This document shows, in pieces, positions 13,239 to 23,628 of a DNA stretch of 64,000 nt. The notes below the pieces were generated by a model. The model ran no database searches and was not told the origin of the DNA. It saw only the letters and a list, made by a program, of their open reading frames with translations. The position numbers and the translations under genes were made by a program. The stretch is from Pontiellaceae bacterium (GTDB taxonomy: Bacteria > Verrucomicrobiota > Kiritimatiellia > Kiritimatiellales > Pontiellaceae). Every line of letters starts with the position of its first letter. Within the stretch, counting starts at the first letter, position 1. Location of the stretch: NCBI GenBank assembly GCA_045565965.1, contig JBJLEJ010000003.1:47949-111948 (forward strand), in the 5' to 3' direction.

Positions 13239-14413
13239 AGATACATGAATTTCAAGCCAAAGAGCTTTTGAAGAGATATGCCATCCCGATTCAGGATGGC
13301 ATTACCATTGATACCCTTGAACAAGCAGAAGTTGCCTTAGATCAGGTGGAGGCAGATTTTGGGGCTGAGCAATTTGTAATTAAAGCCCAGATTCATGCGG
13401 GTGGGCGAGGCAAGGGCGGTGGTGTTAAGTTCTGCTCTGATCGCGCGACGGCTCTCGAAAAGATTAATGAAATCTTAGGCATGACGTTGATCACGCACCA
13501 AACAGGTTCGGAAGGGCGATTAGTCAAGAAGGTAATGGTTGCCGAAGCGTTGGATATTGCGCAGGAATTTTATGTGGCGATTACGCTCGACCGATCATCT
13601 GGAAAAGATGTCTTTATGGTTTCCTCCGAAGGCGGTATGGAGATTGAAGAAGTGGCGAAAACAGCGCCAGAAAAAATTGTTCGTGAAGCGGTAACACCGG
13701 GACTTGGATTGCTTGGTTTTCAAGGTCGGCGCTTGGCAAAATCTCTCGGGCTTGAAGGTAAACTGGCACGCCAAGCTGCGGCAATGTTTCAGAAGCTCTA
13801 TACGCTCTACCGCGAAATGGATTCCTCTATCGTGGAGATTAATCCATTGATCGTTACTGAACGGGGGGCCTTAGTCGCGTTGGATGCCAAGATGAATTTT
13901 GATGGCAATGCGCTCTACATGCACTCTGATGTGGTTGAGATGCGTGATCTAGATGAAGAAGATCCGGCAGAAGTTGAAGCAGATAAATACAATCTTAACT
14001 ACATCAAGTTAGATGGCGAAGTGGGCTGCATGGTTAATGGAGCGGGGTTGGCGATGGCGACCATGGATATCATCAAGCAAGTCGGTGGTTCGCCGGCCAA
14101 CTTCTTGGATGTCGGTGGCGGCGCTAACGTAGAGACAGTGAAAAATGGATTTAGGATTATTTTAGCCGATGCGAATGTGAAGGCGGTCTTGATTAATATT
14201 TTCGGGGGGATCGTTCGATGTGATCGAATCGCTAATGGGATTATTGAAGCCGTAAAAGAGCTCGATTTGAATGTGCCAGTTGTCGTGCGTTTGGCAGGAA
14301 CAAACGCGGAAGTGGCGAAAGAGCTGCTCTCCAACTCTGGAGTATCGATCATTTCTGCGGATCATTTTGAGGATGCGGCACACAAAGTAGTTGCGGCAGC
14401 TAAGGGGGCATAA
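13235..14413 (+). CDS. sucC: Succinyl-CoA synthetase beta subunit
   Basis: [53 protein letters not shown]. Confidence 0.98.
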   Translation: MKIHEFQAKELLKRYAIPIQDGITIDTLEQAEVALDQVEADFGAEQFVIKAQIHAGGRGKGGGVKFCSDRATALEKINEILGMTLITHQTGSEGRLVKKVMVAEALDIAQEFYVAITLDRSSGKDVFMVSSEGGMEIEEVAKTAPEKIVREAVTPGLGLLGFQGRRLAKSLGLEGKLARQAAAMFQKLYTLYREMDSSIVEINPLIVTERGALVALDAKMNFDGNALYMHSDVVEMRDLDEEDPAEVEADKYNLNYIKLDGEVGCMVNGAGLAMATMDIIKQVGGSPANFLDVGGGANVETVKNGFRIILADANVKAVLINIFGGIVRCDRIANGIIEAVKELDLNVPVVVRLAGTNAEVAKELLSNSGVSIISADHFEDAAHKVVAAAKGA

Positions 14414-14414
14414 C

Positions 14415-15290
14415 ATGGCGATTTTAGTAGATAAAGATTCGCGGATTATTGTGCAGGGCATCACGGGTGCCGAAGGAAGCTTTCATGCAGAGCAGTGTCT
14501 TGCCTATGGCGACAATGTGGTTGGGGGTGTAACGCCAGGCAAAGGGGGGCAGATGGCTCTTGAAGGCAATGTGCCAGTATTTGATTCCTGTGCGGAAGCG
14601 CGTGAGCAAGTCGGTGCGAATGTTTCGTTGATTTTTGTTCCGCCACCGTTCGCGGCGGATGCCATTATGGAAGCCGCTGCAGCGGGAATCGAGTTAATCG
14701 TTTGTATTACGGAAGGCATACCGGTGGCGCAGATGGTTGAAGTGAAATCATTTGTCGAACAGACCGGTTCGCGCTTTATTGGACCGAACTGTCCGGGCGT
14801 ATTGACGCCAGGTGCCGCCAAGGTAGGCATTATGCCCGGTTTTATCGCAAAAGAGGGTCGAGTGGGGGTTATTTCTAAATCGGGAACGTTGACCTACGAA
14901 GCCGTGGATCAATTGGTTCGTGAAGGATTGGGTCAATCGACCTGTGTGGGTATAGGAGGGGATCCGATTATTGGCACTACGATGAAAGAGCTCTTAGAGC
15001 TTTTTGAAGCGGATCCTGGAACCGATGCGATTGTAATGATTGGAGAAATTGGTGGATCAATGGAGATCGAGGCAGCGAAGTATGCCAAAGCACACGTTAC
15101 TAAACCGGTAATTGGATTCATTGCGGGGCAGACAGCGCCACCAGGGCGACGAATGGGACACGCCGGAGCAATTGTTTCCGGAGCAGATGAGTCTGCGGCG
15201 GCAAAAAAAGCGGTTATGGAAGAATGCGGTGTGGTTGTAGTTGAATCCCCTGCAGATATTGGTAAAACGGTTAGACAAGCTTTAAGCTAG
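14415..15290 (+). CDS. sucD: Succinyl-CoA synthetase alpha subunit
   Basis: [36 protein letters not shown] (phospho-His). Confidence 0.98.
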   Translation: MAILVDKDSRIIVQGITGAEGSFHAEQCLAYGDNVVGGVTPGKGGQMALEGNVPVFDSCAEAREQVGANVSLIFVPPPFAADAIMEAAAAGIELIVCITEGIPVAQMVEVKSFVEQTGSRFIGPNCPGVLTPGAAKVGIMPGFIAKEGRVGVISKSGTLTYEAVDQLVREGLGQSTCVGIGGDPIIGTTMKELLELFEADPGTDAIVMIGEIGGSMEIEAAKYAKAHVTKPVIGFIAGQTAPPGRRMGHAGAIVSGADESAAAKKAVMEECGVVVVESPADIGKTVRQALS

Positions 15291-15307
15291 AATAAGTGGA
15301 GATAGGT

Positions 15308-16597
15308 ATGAGTGAAAAGAAGGCAGTATTAGAATTTGATGGAAAAACAATCGAATTAGATTCGTTAACCGGAACCGAGAATGAAACGGGTTTGGATATC
15401 ACGAAACTGCGAGCGGAGACGGGATTGATCACATTAGATCCAGCCTATGGAAATACCGGTTCGTGTACCTCGGATATTACATTCATTGACGGGGGTAAAG
15501 GCATCCTTCGGTATCGGGGCTACGCCATCGAGGAGCTTTGTGAAAAATCAGACTTTCTGGAAAGTGCTTTTTTGGTTCTTTATGGAGATCTTCCAACCGC
15601 AGAGGAGAAAGCCTCTTTTCAAACAGGCATCGAGAGTGCTGCTGGTATGCCGGCTGATATCTTGGGTCATCTCAATGCATTTCCCAAAGATGCACCACCA
15701 ATGGCAACCCTCTCGTCGTTAATTAGTGTCTTGGCGGCACATAATACAGACGATCTAGGTGTGGCAGTTGAAGGCGAAAGTTTCACGAGACCGCTTTACA
15801 CGATCATGGCACAGGTGCTTGAGTTAGCTGCCGGTCAATATCGTGTCAATCTAGGGAAAACACCAAACACCTATAATCCTGACTTAAGTTATGCCGCTAA
15901 TTTTATGCATCTCATGTTCTCAGAACCCGGACAGCCTTACGAAGTGTTGCCTGCGGTTGAAAAAGCGATGGATCTTTTTTTGATTCTTCACGCAGACCAT
16001 GAGCAAAATTGTTCTACTTCTACGGTACGTATCGTAGGCAGTTCGCGCTCAAACCTCTTCAGCTCGGTCTCTGCAGGTATCGGGGCGCTATGGGGACCAT
16101 TGCACGGTGGAGCTAATTGTGAAGTCATCAAAATGCTTAATAGTATACATAACGATGGGATCGCTCCGAGTGATTTTGTGGCTCAAGCAAAAGATAAGAC
16201 TTCAAACGTCAAACTCATGGGCTTTGGGCATCGCGTGTACAAAAACTTTGATCCGCGTGCAAAAGTGCTCAAGGTGCAGGTGGATAATGTGCTCGAAGCG
16301 CTAAACATTGAAGATCCGTTGATGGATATTGCCAAAGAGCTCGAGGAGATGGCGCGAAGTGATAGCTACTTTGTAGATCGGAATCTCTATCCGAATGTAG
16401 ATTTTTACAGTGGAATTCTGCTTAAGGCATTGAATATTCCGATCGATATGTTCACGGTTCTCTTCGCGATTGGTCGAATCCCTGGCTGGATTGCCAACTA
16501 CCGCGAATTACATGTTCAAGGGCAACGGATCGGGCGTCCCCGTCAGATTTACACCGGTGCCGCTTTGAGAGATTATACCGATATCAGCGCCCGTTAA
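15308..16597 (+). CDS. gltA: Citrate synthase
   Basis: ILHADHEQNCST, WGPLHGGAN, MGFGHRVYKNFDPR, YPNVDFYSG. Confidence 0.98.
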   Translation: MSEKKAVLEFDGKTIELDSLTGTENETGLDITKLRAETGLITLDPAYGNTGSCTSDITFIDGGKGILRYRGYAIEELCEKSDFLESAFLVLYGDLPTAEEKASFQTGIESAAGMPADILGHLNAFPKDAPPMATLSSLISVLAAHNTDDLGVAVEGESFTRPLYTIMAQVLELAAGQYRVNLGKTPNTYNPDLSYAANFMHLMFSEPGQPYEVLPAVEKAMDLFLILHADHEQNCSTSTVRIVGSSRSNLFSSVSAGIGALWGPLHGGANCEVIKMLNSIHNDGIAPSDFVAQAKDKTSNVKLMGFGHRVYKNFDPRAKVLKVQVDNVLEALNIEDPLMDIAKELEEMARSDSYFVDRNLYPNVDFYSGILLKALNIPIDMFTVLFAIGRIPGWIANYRELHVQGQRIGRPRQIYTGAALRDYTDISAR

Positions 16598-16615
16598 TAA
16601 GCGATTGATAACATT

Positions 16616-16645
16616 AAAAAACACCGTCTTTAAGGCGGTTTTTTT
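16616..16645. terminator. Bidirectional intrinsic terminator
   Basis: AAAAAAC-ACCGTCTT-T-AAGGCGGT-TTTTTT between converging gltA and the 16644-17093 gene. Confidence 0.75.
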
Positions 16646-17093
16646 ACACACTTTCAGCCTCGATGGATCGATCGAACATTGATTTGGAGGTCTGGTTACC
16701 GATGAGGTACAGCGCAATCAAGGCGAGAATGATCCCAATAAACTGTTCGCCGCTGCCGCGTTGGATGGTGAGCGTTGAAACCATGCCAAAAAGGAAGTAG
16801 TAGACAACAGCTATTCGATAGCCTAAAAGGATGAAGCGGCTGAGTAGCAAGGCAATGAAGAGATTGACAATGATTAGAATAATCTGTGCCTCCAATATAA
16901 TCGCTTTATTGAGTGGGATTCCGATGGCGATTAATAGATGAATAAATGCAACTATGCGGATCGACTGAAAGTAAAAACGAATCTGCCGCTCTCGTTTCGA
17001 AAGGGCTTTTAAAGGCTTGTTGAATTTGATCTGAGTGATCGGACAACGCCCTTCGGTCGGTCTTTTTTTTAGGTTGTTAAAGCGGAGAACCAT
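16644..17093 (-). CDS. Hypothetical membrane protein (about 4 TM)
   Basis: Basic N-terminus then hydrophobic segments; start overlaps the tpx stop (TAATG). Confidence 0.6.
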   Translation of the reverse strand: MVLRFNNLKKRPTEGRCPITQIKFNKPLKALSKRERQIRFYFQSIRIVAFIHLLIAIGIPLNKAIILEAQIILIIVNLFIALLLSRFILLGYRIAVVYYFLFGMVSTLTIQRGSGEQFIGIILALIALYLIGNQTSKSMFDRSIEAESV

Positions 17094-17593
17094 TAGGAAG
17101 TAGCGGCTGCCAATGCAGCATCATAATCAGGCTCTTGAGCAATTTCTGGTACTTGCTCGGTATAGACCACGTTGCCGGCGGCGTTGATCACGACGACAGC
17201 GCGTGAGAGCAATCCTGCGAGCGGTCCGTCGGTGATGGTTACGCCATAGTCGATGCCAAACGAGGAGCGAAAGACCGATACGGGTTTTACAGTCTCCAGT
17301 CCTTCGGCACTACAAAAACGATTAAGAGCAAAGGGAAGGTCCATCGAAACGCAGAGAATAACGGTGTCTGTAACTGCGCTGGCGGCTTGATTAAAGCGTT
17401 GTGTGGAGGCGGCACAGACGCCGGTATCAATACTTGGGAAGATATTTAAGAGAACCGTTTTGCCTTTTAGGTCTGCAAGGGTGAGTGAACTTAGATCGGT
17501 TAACACACCTTCGAATGCAGGGGCGGGTTGATCGGTTGGAGGTAATGTTCCAAGCGTGTTGATGGGGTTTCCTTTAAGTGTAATCATTGCCAT
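17093..17593 (-). CDS. tpx: Thiol peroxidase (atypical 2-Cys peroxiredoxin)
   Basis: FPSIDTGVC, SMDLPFA..RFC, GLLSRAVVV, EPDYDAAL; promoter TTGTAC-17-TACGAT and RBS AGGAG upstream. Confidence 0.96.
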   Translation of the reverse strand: MAMITLKGNPINTLGTLPPTDQPAPAFEGVLTDLSSLTLADLKGKTVLLNIFPSIDTGVCAASTQRFNQAASAVTDTVILCVSMDLPFALNRFCSAEGLETVKPVSVFRSSFGIDYGVTITDGPLAGLLSRAVVVINAAGNVVYTEQVPEIAQEPDYDAALAAATS

Positions 17594-17721
17594 TTTTTAT
17601 CTCCTAATTGAGGGCAGATCGTAGAAGTCCATCGAAGATAGTACAAGGACAAATCGTGGTGATTGGTCGATAGAGGTTGACGACCTAATGCGTTCTGGTA
17701 GGTTCTCGTGCTTATCAGAAT

Positions 17722-17970
17722 ATGAAATGGCAAATGACAATATTAAACGGGTTTTTACTCGCCCTTCAGCTCAGCCTTACCGGCTGTTTTTCACTCTCTT
17801 TTTTGAACGATCATGGCGCAGACAAGGTGGAGTCTAGCATGGAATCGGGTGCATTAGATGCTACCCCTTCCTCCGAAGTGAGGGCGGCTTCCGATTCAAA
17901 ACCGTTAAAGCCTATGGTTTTTGAGGAATCAATTCAGATCTCTGCACCCGATACCACCCAGACACTCTAA
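17722..17970 (+). CDS. Small putative lipoprotein
   Basis: Signal-like N-terminus ending in lipobox LTGC; low-complexity tail. Confidence 0.5.
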   Translation: MKWQMTILNGFLLALQLSLTGCFSLSFLNDHGADKVESSMESGALDATPSSEVRAASDSKPLKPMVFEESIQISAPDTTQTL

Positions 17971-18039
17971 GCGAGTTCAGCATCGATTCGTTCTTGATGG
18001 AGCTCGATGGGGGTCGTATGTTCACAAAGAGGGTCAATT

Positions 18040-18645
18040 ATGAGTAAACGAACAGCATCGATTGAGAGAAACACAACTGAAACACAAATTGCCTTAGAGT
18101 TGAACATAGATGGCTCGGGAAACTATACCAATGAAACCCCGATTCCTTTCTTGAATCATATGCTTGATCTATTTGCGAAACACGCTTTGCTCGACTTAGA
18201 GGTTAAAGCTACGGGCGACGTGGAGGTGGATTATCATCACCTTGTTGAAGATGTCGGGATTGTCTTGGGAAGCGCTTTTAAGGAAGCGGTTGGTGATCGC
18301 AAAGGGATTAATCGTTATGGATTTTGGGTGCTACCCATGGATGAGGCGCAAGCGCAAGCCGAAGTTTGCCTCGATTTGAGCGGACGTCCGTTCTTCGTCT
18401 ATACCTTCGAGCATGAGCAGAAATATATCCGCGATTTTGATGTCACGATCATGAAGCATTTTTGGCGTTCCTTCTCAGATACCGCTCAGATGAACCTGCA
18501 CATTGAGCTTAAGTTTGGCGAAGATTTGCACCATTGTATCGAGGCGGTCTTTAAAGCTGTGGCGCGCGCGATGCGCATGGCGTGTGCACAAGATCCCCGT
18601 GCGCTCGATCAAGTGCCTTCGAGTAAAGGGCGACTTGGAACATGA
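18040..18645 (+). CDS. hisB: Imidazoleglycerol-phosphate dehydratase
   Basis: RNTTETQI, FLNHML, DYHHLVEDVG, PMDEA, HHCIEAVFKA, PSSKG. Confidence 0.96.
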   Translation: MSKRTASIERNTTETQIALELNIDGSGNYTNETPIPFLNHMLDLFAKHALLDLEVKATGDVEVDYHHLVEDVGIVLGSAFKEAVGDRKGINRYGFWVLPMDEAQAQAEVCLDLSGRPFFVYTFEHEQKYIRDFDVTIMKHFWRSFSDTAQMNLHIELKFGEDLHHCIEAVFKAVARAMRMACAQDPRALDQVPSSKGRLGT

Positions 18646-18652
18646 GGGATTC

Positions 18653-19273
18653 ATGATCGGTTTGATTGATTACGGTATGGGCAATCTGGGCAGTGTTGCG
18701 AACGCTCTGCACTATCTTGGGCAAGAGGTGCGCCTTATAGAGCGTCGCGAGGAGGCGGATCGGTGCCATGCGCTAATCTTGCCCGGAGTCGGTGCATTTG
18801 GTGACTGTATGGAGCATCTCGAAGCATATGGTTTTGTGGATTTGATTCGCGAGTGGGTGTCCGCCGGACGTCCGTTAATGGGCATATGTTTGGGGTTGCA
18901 AGCACTGTTTGCCGCATCGGAAGAGTCGCCAGGAGTGTCTGGACTCTCGCTTTTTGAAGGTACGGTAAAACACTTTAGATTGCCTGCAGATCATAAGGTG
19001 CCGCAGATTGGTTGGAATCGGGTGGAAGCAGTGCAACCGGATTGTCCAATGTTTACGGGCATCAAGCCCAACGCTCATTTTTATCTCGTACACTCGTTTT
19101 ATGTCGACACACCCGACCATGGCTTGATCGCTGGAAAAACGAACTATGGCATCGACTACTGCTCCTGTATTTGGCGCGACAATGTCTTTGCCACCCAGTT
19201 CCACCCTGAGAAATCTCAGCAGGCGGGACTGCAGATGCTTAAAAACTTTTCCAATTGGTCTGTTGGGATTTAA
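18653..19273 (+). CDS. hisH: Imidazole glycerol phosphate synthase glutaminase subunit
   Basis: IDYGMGNL, LPGVGAF, GICLGLQ, YLVHSF, QFHPEKS. Confidence 0.97.
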   Translation: MIGLIDYGMGNLGSVANALHYLGQEVRLIERREEADRCHALILPGVGAFGDCMEHLEAYGFVDLIREWVSAGRPLMGICLGLQALFAASEESPGVSGLSLFEGTVKHFRLPADHKVPQIGWNRVEAVQPDCPMFTGIKPNAHFYLVHSFYVDTPDHGLIAGKTNYGIDYCSCIWRDNVFATQFHPEKSQQAGLQMLKNFSNWSVGI

Positions 19274-19282
19274 AGAATGAAT

Positions 19283-20539
19283 CTACTCACTGGGTAGAGC
19301 ATCGGCAAGGGCAATGATGGCTTGGGTGAGATCGTCGATGGAAATAATCAGGGGTGGCATAAGGTAGATAATAGTACCGAGGGGGCGGAAAAGGTAGCCG
19401 GCTTGGCGCAAAGTCTGTTTGATATGAGGCATCTTATCGGCGTACTCGGCATGGAGTTCAACGACGCCGATCATGCCGAGGAAGCGGGTCTCTTTGACGC
19501 AACTGCGTTGCTCTAGGGTTTTCATTTGCTCACGCATTGTGGCGGCTTTTTCGGCGGTATTAAGAACGGTATTCTCGGCTTCGTAGATACGGAGGGCGGC
19601 GAGGGCAGCGGCACAGCCAATGGGGTGTCCTGCGTAAGTGTTGCCGTGGTAGAAGGTACAATCTTTTTCCCCGAGATTCGAGAAGGTATCATAGAGCACA
19701 TCCTTCACAATACAGGCGCTTAGGGGCATGTAGCCGCCGGTGAGAGCTTTTCCGATGCAGACGAGGTCGGGGTCGATTCCGGCGTGGTTATGGGCGAAGC
19801 GTTTACCGGTGCGTCCGAAGCCCATGGCGATTTCATCCACAATCATAAGGACTTCGTTTTCTTTGCAGCAATCAGCGAGTTGTTTTAGATAGCCGGAAGG
19901 ATACATTTTCATGCCCGCTGAGCCGAGACAGAGAGGTTCTAAAATAACGGCTGCGAGTTTTTCGGCATGGGCTTCGATGACCGTACGACTCGGTTCAAAA
20001 CCGTTGGGATCTGCTGAGGTAGGCTGAGGAAAGGGGAGTTTGTCGGTATGGTTGATAATCTCACTATAAGGTGCGTGGAAGTTATCTACAAATCCAACGC
20101 CCAATGCGCCGAGGGAGTCGCCGTGGTAGCCTTGGTCCATGCCGATGAGCGCTCTTTTTTCTGGGCGACCGATGTTGTGCCAGTATTGGACGGCAATCTT
20201 GAGGGCGGCTTCTACGGCGCTGGCGCCGTCGCTAGCAAATACGACGTGGCGGTCGGGAGTTGGCATGAGGTGGGCGAGGGTTTCGGCGAGTTCGATAACA
20301 TGGGGGTGGGTCATGCCGCCGGTGATGGAGTGCTGGAGGCTACCGGCTTGTTGTTGAATCGCTTGAACGATCTGAGGGTGGTTGTGACCGAGAGCACAGG
20401 CCCACCAGCTGGAGACAACATCAACATAGCGATTGCCTTGGTCGTCGAAGAGATAGATGCCTTCGCCCCGTACGATGTGAGGAAAGTTACCGGCTTGGAT
20501 GGCGGAGAAGGGGGTGTAGGGGTGAAAGAGGTGGCTCAT
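19283..20539 (-). CDS. bioA: Adenosylmethionine-8-amino-7-oxononanoate aminotransferase
   Basis: HPYT, SSWW, GASAVEAALK, YHGD, DEIAMGFGRTG, GKALTGGY, RPLG; ATG overlaps the bioD stop. Confidence 0.93.
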   Translation of the reverse strand: MSHLFHPYTPFSAIQAGNFPHIVRGEGIYLFDDQGNRYVDVVSSWWACALGHNHPQIVQAIQQQAGSLQHSITGGMTHPHVIELAETLAHLMPTPDRHVVFASDGASAVEAALKIAVQYWHNIGRPEKRALIGMDQGYHGDSLGALGVGFVDNFHAPYSEIINHTDKLPFPQPTSADPNGFEPSRTVIEAHAEKLAAVILEPLCLGSAGMKMYPSGYLKQLADCCKENEVLMIVDEIAMGFGRTGKRFAHNHAGIDPDLVCIGKALTGGYMPLSACIVKDVLYDTFSNLGEKDCTFYHGNTYAGHPIGCAAALAALRIYEAENTVLNTAEKAATMREQMKTLEQRSCVKETRFLGMIGVVELHAEYADKMPHIKQTLRQAGYLFRPLGTIIYLMPPLIISIDDLTQAIIALADALPSE

Positions 20540-21249
20540 GGAAGGATTTTTTCTAGGATTTCTTGGGTTAACGTTTGCACAGCTGTAGGTAGCTTTGAAA
20601 AGGGGTTGGGGTTGGGGGTGTCGAGTTCGGGGATATAGGGAATGGTTCCAAGCCAAGGTGTTTGCCCAAATTCGGCAATGGTTCGGGCATTGTCGGGCTC
20701 GGTGAAATCGCTGCCATCGGGGCGGGTGTGGATGAAGACGAAGCCAGCAATGCGGAGGTTGCGCTGGTGAAGGGCTTTGATGGTGAGGAGAGTGTGGTTG
20801 ATGGTGCCGAGTCCGGGGCGGGCGGCGATGAGGATGGGGAGTTGAAGTTCGGTCATGAGGTCGAGCATGGTTTCTTCTCGGTTGAGGGGGACGAGGGCGC
20901 CTCCGGCGCCTTCGACAAGCAGGGTTTCTGCCTGAGTGCGGAGTGCGTGATAGGTGTCGACTAAGTGTTGAAGGGTGAGAGGGCGGTTTTCCATTTCTGC
21001 GGCGAGGTGGGGGGAGCAGGCGGGGGCATAGCAGGCGGGAGCCAAGAGGGCTCTGAGGGTGGGGTCGGCTTGGATACCGCTAAGAGCAAGGGCGTAATCA
21101 AGGTCGGGGATGTTGTCAGTGCAGCCACTTTGGGCGGGCTTCATGGGCAGGGCGTTGTATCCGCGTTGGTGGAGGGCGGAGAGAAGTAGTGCGGTTAAAA
21201 CGGTTTTACCTGCGTCGGTGTCGGTTCCGGTGATGAAAAAACTGCTCAT
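20536..21249 (-). CDS. bioD: Dethiobiotin synthase
   Basis: FITGTDTDAGKT, KPAQSG, SPHLAA, VEGAGG, LGTINHT. Confidence 0.96.
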   Translation of the reverse strand: MSSFFITGTDTDAGKTVLTALLLSALHQRGYNALPMKPAQSGCTDNIPDLDYALALSGIQADPTLRALLAPACYAPACSPHLAAEMENRPLTLQHLVDTYHALRTQAETLLVEGAGGALVPLNREETMLDLMTELQLPILIAARPGLGTINHTLLTIKALHQRNLRIAGFVFIHTRPDGSDFTEPDNARTIAEFGQTPWLGTIPYIPELDTPNPNPFSKLPTAVQTLTQEILEKILP

Positions 21250-22022
21250 GGGGCGGAGACCTCCGGTTTTTTGACTAGATAGCGGGCTGTTTCATACGTG
21301 GCGTAGATGCCACCAGCGGTCGCATGGTTGGTTTCGTAGGCGTGGATAAGTGCGAGGAGTTCGCTCCGGTTGAGGGGGAGATCGTTTTGTGGAAGGGCGG
21401 TGACACCCTGCTCATGAATAGCTTGAAGAAAGTCGCGGGTGTTGGAATAGATGTGGCGACGTTCGGCGATTGTGGAGTAGAGGATATCGAAGCCGACATG
21501 TTGGATCTGTTCGGTGACGATGTTTTCGGTAGGAAGGGTGAGCCCGATTCCTTTGGTGGGAGCAATGCGGCGACGCAGTTCACGGAGTTCCCAGAGCGTA
21601 CCACGGAGCATGAGACCAAGAAGGAAGTGGCCGCCGGGTCGCAGGGCGTTGTATAGATTTTGTAGGGTGGCGGTGAGATTGGACGACCAGTGGAGAGCGG
21701 CACTTGAGGCGATGAGTGTATAGGGTTGTTGGGGGATATAGGTTTCAGCGTCGGCTTGAATCCAGTTGATTTGGGGGAGATGATGGAGGCGCTTTTGGCT
21801 CTGTTCAATCATCTCTTCGGCAAGATCGATGGCGTCGATGGGGGTCGTTGGATAGCGTGTGGCGAGTTGCTCGGTGAGTAGACCGGTTCCTGCGCCGACA
21901 TCGAGAATGCGATGGGGGGCTTTTGCAGGCGCTTGTTCAAGCAGTGCTTCAATCAGTTCGAGCTGGGGAGCTGCGTGTTGATTGTAGGTTGAAGCTGCGT
22001 TTGAAAATCGGTTGTTGTTCAT
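21246..22022 (-). CDS. bioC: Malonyl-ACP O-methyltransferase
   Basis: FSNAASTY..HA..Q, LDVGAGTG SAM motif, SSAALHW, TLWELR; inside the bio cluster. Confidence 0.85.
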   Translation of the reverse strand: MNNNRFSNAASTYNQHAAPQLELIEALLEQAPAKAPHRILDVGAGTGLLTEQLATRYPTTPIDAIDLAEEMIEQSQKRLHHLPQINWIQADAETYIPQQPYTLIASSAALHWSSNLTATLQNLYNALRPGGHFLLGLMLRGTLWELRELRRRIAPTKGIGLTLPTENIVTEQIQHVGFDILYSTIAERRHIYSNTRDFLQAIHEQGVTALPQNDLPLNRSELLALIHAYETNHATAGGIYATYETARYLVKKPEVSAP

Positions 22023-22112
22023 TTTTCCCTCTTATGACGAAGATAGAGAACATGGTTGGAAATTGCAAACGCAACCGTTGCGTAGCAGCGGGGGGTTCGA
22101 TAGAATCGTCAT

Positions 22113-23009
22113 ATGATTTTGGAACTAGCAGCGATTTTAAATTTAAGTGAAATAATGACAGAGCATTTGGTGTATACATTGGGCGCGCTGCTTATTTTCG
22201 TGGCGTTACGGCTGATGACATCTATGATCATTCGGCGAAACGTGCAGGATGAGAAACGGTCATATAATTTGCGTAAGACGTTTACGTATGTGTATTCGGG
22301 GCTGTTTCTTTTTTCGTTGGGTTCGATCTGGCTGAATGGGATGGAATCGATCGGAACGTTCTTGGGGCTGACGAGTGCAGGTCTGGCGATTGCGTTACAC
22401 GATACGATTGCTAATTTGGCGGGTTTTTTGTTTATTGAGGCGCGGAAGCCATTCCGAGTGGGAGATCGGGTAGAAATCAATGGAGTGCAGGGGGATGTAA
22501 TTGATGTGCGGCTATTTCAGTTTAGTATTGTGGAGGTAGGTAATTGGGTGGATGCGGATCAGAGTACAGGTCGGATTATTCATGTGCCTAATAGCCATGT
22601 ATTAAAGTATGCGACGGCGAATTCACACGTGGGATTTGAGTATATTTGGAATGAAATTCCGGTGTTAATCACGTTTGAGAGTGATTGGAAACGAGCGAAG
22701 GAGTTGATGTTGGCGATTGCGAGTGAGCAGGCAGAGTCGCTTTCTGCGGGCGCTCAAAATCAGATTCGCCGAGCGGCGCGAAAGTATTTAATTGTAGCGG
22801 GTAAGTTAACACCAATCGTCTATACGAGTGTAAAAGATTCGGGCGTCATGTTGACGATTCGTTATTTGGTGAACCCGCGAATGCGACGTGGAACGGAACA
22901 AAAAATCTGGGAAGAAATTTTATTGGCGTTTCAGGCGGAAGCACAGATTGACTTGGCGTACCCAACGGTTCGCTATTTTACACCAGAAAATGTTCCGCCG
23001 CCTGCATAG
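22113..23009 (+). CDS. Small-conductance mechanosensitive channel (MscS family)
   Basis: GLAIALHD..ANLAG, PFRVGDRVEI, GDVIDV, IHVPNS. Confidence 0.92.
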   Translation: MILELAAILNLSEIMTEHLVYTLGALLIFVALRLMTSMIIRRNVQDEKRSYNLRKTFTYVYSGLFLFSLGSIWLNGMESIGTFLGLTSAGLAIALHDTIANLAGFLFIEARKPFRVGDRVEINGVQGDVIDVRLFQFSIVEVGNWVDADQSTGRIIHVPNSHVLKYATANSHVGFEYIWNEIPVLITFESDWKRAKELMLAIASEQAESLSAGAQNQIRRAARKYLIVAGKLTPIVYTSVKDSGVMLTIRYLVNPRMRRGTEQKIWEEILLAFQAEAQIDLAYPTVRYFTPENVPPPA

Positions 23010-23628
23010 TCTGCTCAAAGGCATGGGCGGCCAGTGCATGTCCGAGCCCTTCATAGATAATGAGCTGGCTTTCAGGAAGATATTGGTCTAGCCAATGTGC
23101 CGCGTCCACCGGAATAATTTGATCAGCTGTCCCATGCATCAGTAGAACGGGTAGGTGTAATGAGGGGATAAGGCTGCGTAAATCGGTGTCGCGTAAATAG
23201 CGTAGACCCTCTTGTAGGGCATGTAGATCAGCAGGCGGATGGGGTCTATTTTGACGGCTGGGTTTTTGAGGGGCGTGCACATTGCTAAAAAAAGCGTCTA
23301 AGAGTGATTCCGGATCTTTTTCAAGTTGATCGATCATACGATCCAGAACCCGTTCGGCTGATCCGTGTACATAATCCTCTTTTTTACAAAAGCATGCAGT
23401 ACCGGACAGAAGAACTACCTTTTTACAAGACGCGGGAAGTCGTTCAAAAGCGAGTAGACCTCCCATTGATCCTGTAAGTATGGCGTCTGCTTCGGGTAGA
23501 CAAGATCGTTGCAGCGCTTCTGCTCCGCTGAGCAACTCAACCTTACATTGATGAGCAAAGCGTTTGCCGATAGGCTCAATGGCATGCGTGCTGTGCGCCC
23601 ATCCAGAGATAATTAAGAGTCTTTTCAT
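22978..23628 (-). CDS. bioH: Alpha/beta hydrolase, BioH-like pimeloyl-ACP methyl ester esterase
   Basis: SGW oxyanion region, TGSMGG nucleophile elbow, HGTADQIIP, GLGH; coupled to bioF. Confidence 0.72.
   Translation of the reverse strand: MKRLLIISGWAHSTHAIEPIGKRFAHQCKVELLSGAEALQRSCLPEADAILTGSMGGLLAFERLPASCKKVVLLSGTACFCKKEDYVHGSAERVLDRMIDQLEKDPESLLDAFFSNVHAPQKPSRQNRPHPPADLHALQEGLRYLRDTDLRSLIPSLHLPVLLMHGTADQIIPVDAAHWLDQYLPESQLIIYEGLGHALAAHAFEQTMQAAEHFLV

Noticed and set aside
19140-19330. Local C-rich to G-rich switch at the hisH/bioA junction as a possible replication origin
   Set aside because: Genes further left are also G-rich on +; there is no intergenic space, DnaA-box cluster or dnaA/parAB context
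20540-20656. N-terminal extension of BioA suggesting a BioD-BioA fusion
   Set aside because: Different frames with a normal ATGA stop/start overlap at 20536-20539
20048-21808. Several long alternative-frame or antisense ORFs over bioA/bioD/bioC (for example 196 aa and 177 aa)
   Set aside because: Shadows of real genes caused by the strong codon and strand skew; no recognisable motifs
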